Positions 37,451 to 49,925 of a stretch of DNA of 64,000 nt are shown piece by piece. Every line of letters begins with the position of its first letter. Position 1 is the stretch's first letter. The stretch lies in NCBI GenBank assembly GCA_963785725.1, contig CAWAWS010000003.1:499449-563448 (forward strand). Direction: 5' to 3'. The position numbers and the translations under genes are program-made. Origin of the DNA: an uncultured delta proteobacterium. Its GTDB lineage: Bacteria; Myxococcota_A; Polyangia; Palsa-1104. The notes beneath the pieces are model-generated. The model saw only the letters and a list, made by a program, of their open reading frames with translations. It did no database searches and was not told the DNA's origin.

Positions 37451-39183
37451 GAACAAGAGCGACGACAAATACGCAGCCGCGGCTCCGAATCTATCTCCGG
37501 CGCTCCAAAGCCGATGAAGGGCACCAGCAATTCAGCCTCGATGTGCAGCGTGACGGTTCGCGGCTGTTCACAGTCGACGAGATGCCGCGCCAGGGCGTCA
37601 ACCTCGTGTGGTCCGAACGCGAGGAGTACATCGACGACGATCGCGCGGGTGACGACTTCGAGGGACGACCCGAGCTGCGCCGGCTCCGCGCCGACATCAA
37701 GCCCGGCGACGTGGTGCTGTGCCGCGACCAGTCGCGGCTTGGTCGTGACGCGCTCGAAGTGACGCTCGCCGTGCGCGACATCGTCCGCGACCGCGGCGCG
37801 CGCCTCTTCTATTACGCCGAGCGCAAAGAGGTGGAGTTCGCCAACGCCATCGACGCGGCCATGACCTTCATCAAGGGCACCGGCCACCAGATGGAGCTGG
37901 AGGCGATCCGCGGTCGCGTGCGTGAGGCCTTGCGCGCGCGCGTGAGAGCTGGCCGCATCGCTGGCGGTCGTTGCTATGGCTACTCGCTGCGACGCGAGAA
38001 GGATTCGTCCGGTCGCGAGTACACGGTGGCCGTCGTTGACGAGGCGCAAGCGGAAATCGTTCGTCGACTGTTCCGCGAGTATCTCGACGGCGCCAGATTG
38101 AAGCGTATCGCCGTCCGACTGAACAACGAGCGCGTTCCTCCGCCGAGTGCTGGACGGCGAGGCACTGGCTCGTGGTGTCCGGGCGCGATTCGAGAAATGA
38201 TCCGAAACGCCAGGTACCGCGGCGTCTACACACACGGGAAGACCATTCGCGTTCGGCGTGGGGCCAAGCGCGTTGCGCTACGGGCTCCTATCGAAGACAT
38301 CATCACGCTCGAAGTCCCCGAATGGCGCATCGTGGACGACACGACTTGGCTGACGGCCCAAGACCTCATGAGCCAGCGGGCCGCCGAAGCAGAGAAGCTC
38401 TATCGACCGGGCCCCCGCACTCGTTACGCCCTCAGCGGCATAGGTCGCTGCGTTTGTGGCGGATCGATTGGCTCGCAGACGAGCCGCATTTCGGACGGCA
38501 GCCACATCAAGGTCTATGGCTGCTCGAAGCACCACATGCGTGGTTCGTCGGTCTGCCCGGTCACGATGCGGCAATCGGTTGCGGAAGTAGACGCGGCCAT
38601 CGCCCAAAAGATTAGCGAGCGATGGTTGACCGGCGCCTTTGTGGACGAAGTCATCCACGAGATGCGTGAGAATCTGGAGCTACAGGTGAAAGCGACCCAC
38701 CTGGACGCGGAGGCCATCGAGACCGAACTGACCAAGCTCCGCGGGGAGCAACGGAACCTGGCGACAGCAGTTGCCACCGGCGGGGATGCCATCCCGGAGC
38801 TTCTGAGTGAGCTGCGGAGCCGCAACGACCGCATCCGCCTGTTGGAGGCAGACCTGGCCGCCGCCCGCCGTTCGCCGGCCATGGTCGAGGAGATGCTGAC
38901 AGCCGCCGAGCGCAAAGCGCGTCAGCGGGTCGCGGATCTCAGGGCGACACTCGCGAACCCGGGCGACGCGCGCGAGGTCTTCGAATCGATTTTTCTACCG
39001 GAAGGTCTTGAATTTACAGAAGGAAAGAGCAGCGATGGCTCTCGACGGGTGTGGGCGATCTCGATGACCGCCCACCCCGTCAGATCCATTTTGAGTTGTG
39101 ACCCCACCGGGGCGTTTCGCAATGTAGACCCGCCGAAACAGTGGGTTAGGTGCGTCGTGCCGAGGGCTTTGCGAACACAGTAG
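37447..39183 (+). CDS. Large serine recombinase (integrase)
   Basis: IYLRRS catalytic Ser, RPEL..L, DQSRLGR, GG..YGY, recombinase domain, C.CG...Y.C...C Zn ribbon, coiled coil. Confidence 0.95.
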   Translation: MRTRATTNTQPRLRIYLRRSKADEGHQQFSLDVQRDGSRLFTVDEMPRQGVNLVWSEREEYIDDDRAGDDFEGRPELRRLRADIKPGDVVLCRDQSRLGRDALEVTLAVRDIVRDRGARLFYYAERKEVEFANAIDAAMTFIKGTGHQMELEAIRGRVREALRARVRAGRIAGGRCYGYSLRREKDSSGREYTVAVVDEAQAEIVRRLFREYLDGARLKRIAVRLNNERVPPPSAGRRGTGSWCPGAIREMIRNARYRGVYTHGKTIRVRRGAKRVALRAPIEDIITLEVPEWRIVDDTTWLTAQDLMSQRAAEAEKLYRPGPRTRYALSGIGRCVCGGSIGSQTSRISDGSHIKVYGCSKHHMRGSSVCPVTMRQSVAEVDAAIAQKISERWLTGAFVDEVIHEMRENLELQVKATHLDAEAIETELTKLRGEQRNLATAVATGGDAIPELLSELRSRNDRIRLLEADLAAARRSPAMVEEMLTAAERKARQRVADLRATLANPGDAREVFESIFLPEGLEFTEGKSSDGSRRVWAISMTAHPVRSILSCDPTGAFRNVDPPKQWVRCVVPRALRTQ

Positions 39184-39669
39184 TCTCTCCTGAGCGGTCT
39201 CGCGCGAACTTACCGTCCCACCGCGATGTATAATTTTTGCACACGTGCAAATCCAACGACAGGACGCGAAAACAGCCGCCCAACGGTGGCACTGTTGCCG
39301 GCGCAGATTCTCGACGGGAGAGTGCAGCAAATCCGGAAGCCGCGTTGGCGAAAATTGGCCAAAACGGGCCTGCCTGCAGCAAGCTTGCTGCAGGTCTGAA
39401 CCCGATCACTACGGCACTGATTGAGGCGCTTGCGCGGTGGTCAGGCGCGAGTGATCCGTTTGAGCTGTGGCGCCGGCTGCTCGATCGCTTGTGCAAGCTC
39501 GAAGTGGTGTGAGAAAGACACGGGTCCAATACACCGAGAGATGGGGCACTTTCCAATTTGAACTTGTTTCTGCCAGCGCTCCCCATAGAGCTCGTCGCAC
39601 TGCTCGATCTCGATGAACCGTAGCGCTCGACGGCACTCGGATCCGAGACACGGCCGACAGAGGTCCTGG

Positions 39670-40815
39670 CTACGACAGCACCCGGAGCGCATGCTCCAGC
39701 AGCACAGACGGGTAGTCACGACAGTTTGTTGCTCCGATCCCCTTCAGGGTTCCATCTGTCGCCTTCACTTGGGGGAGACCAAATGAGGTTATCCAGGAGT
39801 CGACACGAGCCCAGCTGATATCCTGTCCGATAAAGAACAGAGGATCGTGCAACATCGTATTTCCAATCCTTTGCAGACACTTTAGCAGTTCATAGATCTC
39901 GTAGTATTCATCTCGCGCCATGCTTCGCGCCAAACCATGCTGGATCACATCAACCGCAGCGTTGTACGCATTGGCGTTCAGCCGACCCGCAAGATGGTCT
40001 CGCAGTCCTGGCGCGACCGCTTGAGGCAACCCGCCAAGTTGACGTGGCTCAGCAAGTCGCTCAAGTAGCAGAGCAGCCGCCTGATCGGGTCTCTCACAGG
40101 CGAGCGACAACGCACATACAAGAATGACAACGTCACTCGTGTATTGGGGGGCGACATTCCCCTCATAGCGTGGTCGTTCGAGGACGTGCTGAAGCCCCCG
40201 ATAGATCTCTTCCTCAGCGGGACCAGAGGCCCACGCGTGTCCGAATCTGTGCGTCGCATTCATACGTTGATCGATCGCGCGAGCCATGTTCTCGGCGAGA
40301 AAACCAACATTGAATGGAACGAATAAGCGGCGCGGCGTGATGTAACCGTAGAAGCTGCGCCCGCTGTATTCCTCTTCCACGACATCGAAGTCCGGCTGCC
40401 CGCCGCCATAACGGACGTCGTTCGGAATAAATACCATCTTACCCTCGTCCAGGATCGACTGCCGGCGCTCCTGGATGAGGGAGAGGCCCCGGGCAGCTCC
40501 GTCCTCCTGTCGCCTCAAGATCTCGAGGATGGGGATGAAGGAATCCTTCAGCTGATGGTAGCTCTTCCCCTGGAAGTCAGCCTCCGTGATGTGGCCCCCC
40601 AGAATCAGCGCCGCGGCCACTCCTAGGTCTATCCACTCGGCAAGCAATCGGCAGCCTGCGACGCTACCTAGGGATTGCGTGTAGTGAACATACTCGTGAA
40701 CAAAGGACATCGTGGGATCCGCAGCGTGGGGAATGTTGTCCAACTCTGGGCGAGAGAACCGGCGGCTTCCCCAACCCATGTCTATTGTGAGCGATACCCA
40801 ATCGAAGCCCGCCAT
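39670..40815 (-). CDS. HEXXH-motif protein, putative zincin metallopeptidase
   Basis: FVHEYVHYTQ plus downstream LAENMA; AGGGG RBS before ATG 40815. Confidence 0.65.
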   Translation of the reverse strand: MAGFDWVSLTIDMGWGSRRFSRPELDNIPHAADPTMSFVHEYVHYTQSLGSVAGCRLLAEWIDLGVAAALILGGHITEADFQGKSYHQLKDSFIPILEILRRQEDGAARGLSLIQERRQSILDEGKMVFIPNDVRYGGGQPDFDVVEEEYSGRSFYGYITPRRLFVPFNVGFLAENMARAIDQRMNATHRFGHAWASGPAEEEIYRGLQHVLERPRYEGNVAPQYTSDVVILVCALSLACERPDQAAALLLERLAEPRQLGGLPQAVAPGLRDHLAGRLNANAYNAAVDVIQHGLARSMARDEYYEIYELLKCLQRIGNTMLHDPLFFIGQDISWARVDSWITSFGLPQVKATDGTLKGIGATNCRDYPSVLLEHALRVLS

Positions 40816-41175
40816 GGGTCCCCTACCTGCTCTACCATCGAGTTCGGCGAGCTTAGCGCCGTCCACAGGTCTCGTGTCTGCAAGCCGGGCCGCACGCCAG
40901 TCATCCACCCGCGTAGGGGTGGAAAACTCGGTGACTCATTCGCTCGTACTGCTCTAGCGAGCCATGAGCCTCGGGGTACGAGGCCAGCTCAGTCGCTAAT
41001 CGCTAGCTTGGCACCGATGCGCCGCGGACGCAATGCGGCAAATTGTCGCGGGTCAGACGTCGTCGTTCTCCGTCGAGAGTACGACTCCAAAGCTCCGAGT
41101 GATCGCGACGGTTGCGACGGTTGCCAGAAGCGCCGCTCATTGACAGGCGGCCCGTAAGGGCTTGATCCTGTAGCC

Positions 41176-42978
41176 ATGAGCAAACTCCTGGGGATGCACG
41201 AGCCCTGTTACATCGGGTATCTCGGTGACGAGTTTCCTGATGACCCACCGCGTGACTTCCGCGACGTCTACGAGCTGAAAGCGTATGCCGTGTGGAGCAT
41301 TGATTCGAAGGTCTACGAACTTCAGCAAGAATGGATCTTTGGAGCTGACGTCGCACCGCGCAAATGCGCCTATTGCGAACGGACGGCCGCCGGCGGGGCG
41401 ACTTTCGTATCGGTGTCGCACGCGGTCCCAGAGCACCTCGGCAACAAGAGAGTCATCAGTCAAGAGGAATGCGATGACTGCAACAACGAGGGCAGCGACT
41501 GCGAAGAAGCTCTCGCGAGCATGCTCGCTATGGAGCGGGTCTTCACGGGTGCACGCGGCAAAGGCGGAACTCCGTCAATTCAGAGCAGCAGTGCTTTGGA
41601 GATCCAGAGCGAGGGAGCTGGGAAGGTTGCACTCAAGATCGACGTGGCGAACGATCCCCTCCGATATTCGGCAGGGAACACAGTTGAAGTGCCAATAGGA
41701 ACTCAGCGCTATCGACCGCTGTTGGCGATTCGCAGCATCGCGCGTTCCGTCTGGCTCCTGCTTCGGCCAGCAGACCGCGTTCACCATCAGTCAGTAAAAG
41801 ACTTCGCGCTTGGTCGCCAAGTCCAGTTTCCAGTCGAGTACCTCGTAGCCTTCTCGGCTGGTGGGGCACCGACTGCGGGGCGCATACGTGTCTGGAGCCT
41901 CAAGAGCGAGCAGGATGGAGCCTGGCCGCCGCTCGTTGCCGCCCTCTCTTTGCACAACACCACCATTATTTGGAGAGCGCCAAGAGGAGGTACGCATGTC
42001 CAGGGACCGCTTCCGCCAATACCAACCTACGACGGTGCGGCTCCCAAGGTTGGTCGTCTACAACTAAGAGCCGACGAACGAGTTGATGTATCGCGCACGC
42101 TGACAATGGCCTATGAAAGCCGGACGGCGGGCGCTACCACCAGCAGTGCGAAATCCGTCAGGTCACAGACGGCCGCGCAGATCATCGCCGAACAGCAGGT
42201 AGAGATCGCCATCGGCGCCGATGCCGGGGATGTGCAGTGGCTCAAGGCTTTACGACGTACAAAAAAGATCAGCGGTGACTTCTCCACTGCCTTGGAAGTC
42301 TCCATTGATTCTGAGAAGCATGGGCTCCACCTCCGCCTTCGCCAAGACCTCCGCACCTCCGAGGCTCGGCTCAACCTATTTGTCGATGTGTCGGGGCTCT
42401 CGGCGACGGATGCGCTCCCTGCTGTCGCTTTTTGCGAGAAGTTCGCGAGCGACAAACCAACCGCGAAACTCTTTCTCCGCACACAGGATGGCGTTTCCAG
42501 TACGCCTCTGGCGGCCGGCGGCAAGATCGACGATGCGATTGTTAGCATGCGGCCAGCGCTGGAACGTTTCGTCGAACTGGAAAAGAAGCTGGGCGTAAGT
42601 ATCCCTCTTCCCGAGTCCGGACAGAAGCAGGACTGGGACCTGCTCTGCGTTGCCGCCACGGCGATTCTGAGTGGCGTTCCCGTGCGTCTACCGGGGGCCG
42701 GAACAGGCGAAGTTGAGTGGCCGCGTGCTTTCTACAACCGACTCGTCCAGATCTCCGGGCCGTGCACACTTCCGTTGGCGCAAGGCGTATATCCGTTCGC
42801 GGGAATCGATGCACTTACCGAAGCAGTGATCGGTCCCATTCGCCTCTGTCTGGAACTCAAGAACTGCGCTGCGGAAGTAAAAGCGGGCGTCCAGGAATTG
42901 GATGCGAACCGAGCGCTCGTAAAGCTCGAATACGAGTCCGTATTGTTCCTCTTTGACCGGTATCTCAAAAGTGCCTGA
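41176..42978 (+). CDS. HNH endonuclease domain protein with long C-terminal extension
   Basis: CAYC...SHAVPE.LGN......ECD.CNN...E; intact 600-aa ORF. Confidence 0.8.
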   Translation: MSKLLGMHEPCYIGYLGDEFPDDPPRDFRDVYELKAYAVWSIDSKVYELQQEWIFGADVAPRKCAYCERTAAGGATFVSVSHAVPEHLGNKRVISQEECDDCNNEGSDCEEALASMLAMERVFTGARGKGGTPSIQSSSALEIQSEGAGKVALKIDVANDPLRYSAGNTVEVPIGTQRYRPLLAIRSIARSVWLLLRPADRVHHQSVKDFALGRQVQFPVEYLVAFSAGGAPTAGRIRVWSLKSEQDGAWPPLVAALSLHNTTIIWRAPRGGTHVQGPLPPIPTYDGAAPKVGRLQLRADERVDVSRTLTMAYESRTAGATTSSAKSVRSQTAAQIIAEQQVEIAIGADAGDVQWLKALRRTKKISGDFSTALEVSIDSEKHGLHLRLRQDLRTSEARLNLFVDVSGLSATDALPAVAFCEKFASDKPTAKLFLRTQDGVSSTPLAAGGKIDDAIVSMRPALERFVELEKKLGVSIPLPESGQKQDWDLLCVAATAILSGVPVRLPGAGTGEVEWPRAFYNRLVQISGPCTLPLAQGVYPFAGIDALTEAVIGPIRLCLELKNCAAEVKAGVQELDANRALVKLEYESVLFLFDRYLKSA

Positions 42979-43109
42979 AAATCGGCCGGCCACAGGAGCG
43001 ACTACAATCCTTGGCGACGACATCGGCCTCAGGCAGCCAAGCGCCCGCAACTCGCCACATCGGTCCCGGCTAGAAAGCAACAACAGCAAGGAAGAGGCAA
43101 ACACAAGAC

Positions 43110-44561
43110 ATGAAGTGCAGAGTATTCTATTCTTGGCAGTCTGATCTTCCCAATCCCGTAAATAGGGCATTCATTGAAAACTGCCTCGAAGCGGCGGCGG
43201 AAGCATTGAGAGCAGACGGCGGAGCTTGCTATCGAGCCAGTAATTGACCGCGACACTTCGGGCGTCTCTGGCAGTTCGGACATAGGCCAGACCATTTTCG
43301 CCAAAATTGCCAGTGCTGCCGCATTCGTCGCTGACGTATCAATCATCGGCACCCTTGAAATCAAGAAAGGCGATGTAACAAAGACTAAGCCTGACTCCGA
43401 ACCCGAATGTACTATTGGAACTGGGATATGCGCTCAACGCAATAGGGACCGGCCGCACGATTACAATCATGAACACTGCTTTCGGCGATCCAGAGGCGCT
43501 GCCTTTCGATCTCAAACAGCGCCGAACAGTGACGTACAAACTCCCTCTCGAAGTGACTGACCGAAAAGATGCAAAGAACCGACTGACCGCTCAACTAACG
43601 ATGCGCTTCGTGCCGTGCTTGTGACTCACAAAGTGGAAGCAGGTGCCGCACAGCCGAAGACGCGATCGCAGCAGGCCGTTACTGCGATCCAAGAGAAGCG
43701 CGGCGATCGCGTGCGAGAGGTTCGAGAGTTCATGAAGTGGATCGTCGCCGAGGCGAAGAACTCGCTCCCCACGAGCAGCCGGGCCTGCTGATGACCGCCT
43801 CGTTGAGGCAATCGAAAAGACGAAATCTATTGTTAACGACTTCGGCCGCGTCGCGGCCGAGGCCGCGGCTTGGAACGACAAAGAAGTGATCCGCGGGATC
43901 TACAAGGGCCTTGAAGGAGTCTTGGCTCTGTATCATCCTCCGAAAGGAGTCGGTGGTAGCTTTCGCAGCACCGATTTCGACTTGTTTCAATTTCTTGGAC
44001 ATGAGCTTTCGGTCGTGCTCACGGCCTGCCTCGTGCGTGAGGACAAATTCACTTTCTTAAGAGTGCTGCTTAGCCAGAAACTGCTCTTGCCTAACAATCG
44101 CCATGGGCTCTCAGAACACGTCAGCTTTGCAGATTTGTCGTCGTCGTATGTGACGCTACTGGACACCGTTAGAAAGCAACGTTTGGCTACAGCAACGTCG
44201 GCGCGAAGCTCCATCCATGCAGATGTCCTCAAGGAGCGGCATGAGGCCGATGTCGGAGGTGTCGCGTGGCCCGAATTTGTCCAGGCGGATTTCCTTCTTA
44301 CTCTACGCTCACTGCGTGAACATCAACATTGGTGGGGTCCAAGCCTTGTCTTCTGGAAGGGCAACTGCCGAACATCCTCACCGCCACCGCCACGCGTGAT
44401 GGTGCGGCCAATCTGGCGACGGCGCTCGGCCTGGAACGTGCCGAAGAGCTGCGCGCGTGCTGGAAGAAGATTTCGCGTTCATCACGCGGACTTTCGTATC
44501 CATCGCTAGATTCTATTCTCCGTTTCGCAACTTCGACTTTTCGCGGATAGGCACGCTGTGA
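43110..44561 (+). CDS. TIR/nucleoside-deoxyribosyltransferase-like protein (left-arm copy, several indels)
   Basis: VFYSWQSD...DRDT...I..KI....FVADVS...NPNVLLELGYA...LPFD; mirror of 60339-61794. Confidence 0.7.
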
Positions 44562-44606
44562 ATCTAACGGCGGCCTGGCGCGCATTGTTCGACATATCCA
44601 GGGCCA

Positions 44607-47600
44607 CTAGACATCATCGGCCGAACGTAGTTCGGAAAATATCTTTTCTAGCTCCCCAATGAAATGGAGGCGATGCCTGGAGCATGGATATGAACACCGA
44701 TCTCCCCAGCCGGAAAGGACGGATCGGCCGAAGCCGACGCCCAATTCATACTCGTGATGACGACATCGTCGGTATCCCACGCAATAAACTTGCCGTGAAG
44801 CGGAATCTTCTTCGCCTTGATCAGAGTCACGCCGTTGCCCCTTGCGTCTTCGGCTAGAGCCTTTGCATTCGGTTGTTTAACGGTCCAGAAGCCATGGTGT
44901 AGAGGACTGTCACCGTTACTCCCTGTTCGGCCGCCACTTCTCCCGGCAATTCAATGCGCCTGGCCGTGCTGTCGATCCGAGTCTGCGGCTGCCGATCATT
45001 AATCGGGTCTGACCGCGCCACTCGCAGATCGCATCACATAGTCATGAGCGTCGCCGACGATGACGCCGACGCGCGCCGAGCCGCCGGCCAATTTCGGCAA
45101 GTCCTGCTGACGCGCTACAATGGCCAGTTCATTGGCCAGACTATCCGACAGACCGCGATGCCCAATGAGCTGCTGCGCAGCTCTCACTACCTGCACAACG
45201 GCGCCCGGGTCGCGGAGAACTACGCTGAATTCCACCGCTTGAAAAGGAGAGGAAAGCCAATTGCAGGAGCTTACGCAGGCTGTCCAGCCTCCGTCCGCCC
45301 CATCGGCCAAGATGAACTTCGCATGCGAGCCCGTCGACCGCATGTGAACTCTTATCTCCCGTGAGTGTCGATCTTGCCGGACGCGATCCGCGATCTCACA
45401 AGCGGCGGTGCTATTTCGATTGGACTCTCCGTCGTCGACGTCCCGCTCCCCAAAGGATATCGATTTCGACTCCTCTCCGCACGCGGTTCGAATTGGATCG
45501 AATAGTTCCGAAAACCGAGCGGCGTCAAGAAAAGTCGACAGAACTATGACGCGGCAGTGGGCTTCCTCCAGAAGCGATGTAATGAGTTTCCTCTGTGCAG
45601 ACCCACCGATAAAAATGTCAGCAGGATCGAACGCGCGATCGATTCAACTCAGGTACGTCGGCAGGTCCGGCTCCCCTTGGTAGTCGACCGCGAAGTGAGT
45701 TCCGGCAGGCAAAGCGAGCTGTATCAGCAATCATTCGCCGCAATACCACGGACGCGTCATCCGGCAAGTTGGTGGGTAATCCATCGACGACTCGCACCAC
45801 CATGAATTCGTCATCGCGGACAGATGCGGTCCGCGCGTCGATATTCGCAATTTGATCTTCTCGATTTCGCGCCACCAAGGACGAAAGCCGAGAAAAGCTA
45901 ACCTCGTGAGACATCCGCGGCTCGCCGCCTTCGATCTGCACCGACCTTACGTCGATTCCGTTGTCGTTCGACATCGAGTATTCTTGGCGACATCAGACGA
46001 ATATCGCGCTTAAAGAAGAATTGACCGCTAAACTTTTCAATCACAAAACTCACGCGCCGAACGTACCGCTTCGGAAAATACGGAAGCGGCTTGCCTGTCC
46101 GAACAATTTCGAGCCCGAAAGTGCTGACCTTAAACGCTATGGTCCCGTCACCCACGTCCACTTCCAGCAGCCGAAAGCGCATCATTCGCGCAAAGGAGGC
46201 CGCTACAACTTGATGCGGCAATCCTATAACTTCGCCGCAGCGGCGACGGAAGTTGCGCCGCGACTGACTATCCAAAGCAACAGTTCGTCTACTACACTCC
46301 ACGTGCGACCTTCGATCGATTCCCACCTTGCAAGAAACCCGGAAAACGGGAATTGCAACGAGGTCATCGGCCTTGCCTCTTGAGAGTTGTCGGGCTGACT
46401 ATCGTTGCGAGAAATTGAGACGGTTGCCGTTCGGCAGCTGCCAAAAGTTCTATCGTCGCTAGAATCGTCGTCAAGAAAGACAAGTCGTGCTCGCCGCCAG
46501 ATGGATTGACACCTCTGACGGCCTCGCGCAGAAAGCTCAAACTCGTGACTAAAGATCAGTTGATGCTTCGCGCGACTGAGCAGCACGTTCATCCTTCGCC
46601 GGTCGCGCAAGAAGCCGAGCGCCGCCGCCCCCGCACGCGCGTTGTTCCGCACAAGCGAGACAATAACAATGTCGGCCTCACTTCCCTGAAACGAGTCGAC
46701 GGTGCCGACGAAGTCAAGCCCATGGCGCACCGGTGCGAACTTCTCGAGGTGCGACAATTCCCCGTTTCGCAAACCATAAGACGGGCTCCGTAGCTTCTCA
46801 ACCTGCGCCGCGTAGGGAGAAAGAATCGCCAGGGTGGGGGCGACCGCGCTTCCCTCGGGCGCCCTTATGTGGCGGAGAACATCGGCGACAGACTCCACCT
46901 CGCCTGGATTGTGCCAGCGAGGTCGGCGACAAACGTTCCATCGGTGTTCCCGGCCCTGTGGAGCTCACGTGCGGAAAACCACCACGACGACGGGCGAGTT
47001 GGAAGCGGTGCTATTTGCTTGAATGGCGCCGAGTCTGTCCGCGCGCGCTCCTCGCGGCTCGCTTCTGTTCTTAGTTTTCCGCCGTAAAAGGCTGCGGAAA
47101 CAATCTCTGCAATTGCGGGGTCCATTCGTCGCTCCTCAGAAAGCGTCGCGCTTCTGGGCGGTGCCCAAGGATTCCCGCCCCTTTCGCTCATCGTCTTCAA
47201 CGAACGTTCGAAACGGTTCCAACAAACAAAGAGCAAGGTCAGATGTAGCCTTCAACACCGAGGGTATCCAGCGATTCTCTACAGCTCATCAGTCGCCCTC
47301 GCGGAACAATGGCCCAACAAAAACTCCTCGCTGCCGCGAGTGTTTTTTCGACCCAGCGTAATCGCGCAAAAGCTTGACGAGGCGTTCCGACTCGAATGGT
47401 GGGAGCTGGTGATGATCGCCGATCAAAATCGTCGACCGAGAGCATCATAGGGCCAACCAATCTTGCGGGCCCGTAACAATCGCCGCTTCTTCAACGATAA
47501 CCCAGTCGAACTGTTCCCGCGCATCTACCAGCCGCTCCACGTCTGCAGAGTTGACGGTCGAAAAGAACAACGTTAGCGGCGTCCAGAATCAGAGCAAAGA

Positions 47601-49925
47601 ACGCGTGTAGGCCAGTACGGTCTTCTGGGTCGATCTGATCGGGCGCGTTCTCCAGCGACGGATGCTGATCTTGAGCGAAATGACACAGGGTCGCGCAGCG
47701 GAGGTGGTGCGGACGCCATGAGCTTGCTAGACGAAATCTGTTTGAGATATCGATTCGCGGCGCGATGGACTTCCTCATCCGTGGATGCCCTGTCGTCGGC
47801 CGTCAAGGAACGACCACGATGGCGTCTTCTAGTCCGCTTCTACAAAAGCGTCCTTCACCTGAATTTGTAGGTTGTCCAAAGCATCGTGGCCCTGAGCGGT
47901 CAGAAGAATGCGCGTCGACCCTCTCCTTCGAACTTGCGACGAAGCACCTCCGTTCCGAGCCTCGTCTTTCCTATCCCAGGCGGGCCAACTATAAAAGAAT
48001 ACAAGGGCATCGTCGACCATAGTCCTCGAAGCGCTTCTTGCTTTGGCAAATCGAGTTCTCGGAACTCCTGATCTCCTTCGTCGAGCTGGTTCCTCGTCGA
48101 TTTACGCTGACGCCACGGGTCGTCGAGCATCTCGGCCAAGTCAACGGCGTATGAAGGTCGCAATGTTCCGCAAGCGTCGGCGGATGACCTGCTCGGTCCC
48201 CAGGTCTAGTTCGGCTTTCAAAAACTGAGCCGACCCCAATTGAGACGTCTTCCTCAACTTCAAACTGATAGACCGTTGTACCGTCTTGATAAAGAACATC
48301 AACGAACGTAGCAACTACGTCGTTCGAGCGTGATGCGCCAAGACTCGCTGACTTGTTGACCCGCCACTTGCCGTGCTGCCTCGCTGGTCTTCCTCGAACA
48401 TATAACGAAGCGCATCAGCCGTCTCTTTCATTCCGATCCGCGCGGAATTCTTGCTCGCTCGCTATTCGGTTGGCCGCGGACTGTGACGTATCGGCAACGA
48501 TCCTTTGTTTCGAAGCTCAGCACCTCTATCGGATAGACCTCGAGCGCCTTGACCATGGCCTCTAGTAGCTGGGTTAGAATCAGCGCTCGGCACACCATCG
48601 TGACGCGGTCGAGCTCACCGCTGCGATTTGGTGCAAACGCGCTCCAGTCGAGGACGTCTGGACCAAGTCTCGCCCGTAGTTCGCGTCTCCTCTGTCGCCG
48701 CGTACTACGACGATTGGTCGTTGCAATGCATGTCCATCGAATTCCCCGAGCGGCCCGCCACGAACGGTCGCGCCGTCACATACTGCGAATTCCTAATTGG
48801 AAGTGCCAGCGTATCGCGGAACGCACAAATGCGGTATACGAGTGTTTCCGATCAGCTCGACCGACTATTTTCGCGGGTCGAATTTCGTGGGACCAGCAGC
48901 GTCCTCGCCGTCGAGGTCTCTCGAATCCACGCTAATTGTTGCTGATAATCGTCGACCACTATAGAGCCGCTGCTCGCTTCATAAATGGTGCCAGCCAAAC
49001 CCGGGCTTGTCCCAAAGCATGACCAAAATGAACTATCCGGCTCGAGACGAAACGGAACGCGCGATGCTGGTAATAATGTCATCTATGGAACGGGCTATCG
49101 ATTGCGCCTCCAAAGTCTCGATGGTCGGAGGCGAGAAAGGAGTTCAGAAGAACGCCGTAGAAGAACTCGTTCGGAAACTGACAATTGAACGGCGTCGACA
49201 TCCTTCGTCGGAACGACTCCCCCGACGCTTTCACGGTCACGTTTAAGAGCGCCGCCATCATTAGGCCGAGCGCACACCAGTCCTGTCCGAATGAGCACGT
49301 TAAAGCGCGACGGACGCAAGCGCCAGGTCCAACCTTCGCATAGCCCTCCTTCGGTCTAATCCCAACTTAGCCAAAGACTCCACTCGAAGCGGCTCAGCTT
49401 GAAGTCTGGTTCATCAAGCGCTTCTGTCAGGCATCGCATTAGCGTCGAGTTGTCCGTGCAGCAGACCCTGGGCATGAATAATTCCTAAGGCGACGACGAT
49501 GCGCCGCATGTTTGCCCAGAATAGCCGTCGGCTCCGGGGTGCTGAAAAGGTTCTTCTACGAATGGCGACTCGACGTGCGAGGAAGAATCGCGTCAAGTGG
49601 TCGGCCGATGTTGTTGATGACGATCCCAAAGTGCTGGTCGTCGGGGATGAGTTCACCACATCGACAATGACCTCCTTGGCACCCGCGTATGACATCACGC
49701 GTTGACCCGGGCTCATCTCGTGAAGCCAAAGTTGCCGAAGGTCGTCGTCGATTGCCTTACCCGTTTTGCTCCAGAGCTTGAGCAGCCGCTCCGCATAGAA
49801 GGGCCGGTCTTCAACAATTCCACAGACATTGCCGATTCAAGGGCAAGCGGGATTTGCTACAGCCACGGCATGACCCCGAGTTAGCGAATCGTTCAAGAAG
49901 AGAGGGCCGCTTACTTCCTTTGCAT
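44607..49925 (-). other. Error-rich mirror copy of the Mokosh-like mkoA/mkoB pair
   Basis: Fragmentary ORFs match 54977-60293 (LHGKFIAWD, HAKFILAD, TVDSFQG, GPPG.GKT). Confidence 0.85.

Noticed and set aside
39237..39512. Small ORF after the integrase
   Set aside because: No clear start, RBS or motif; cannot be supported as a gene
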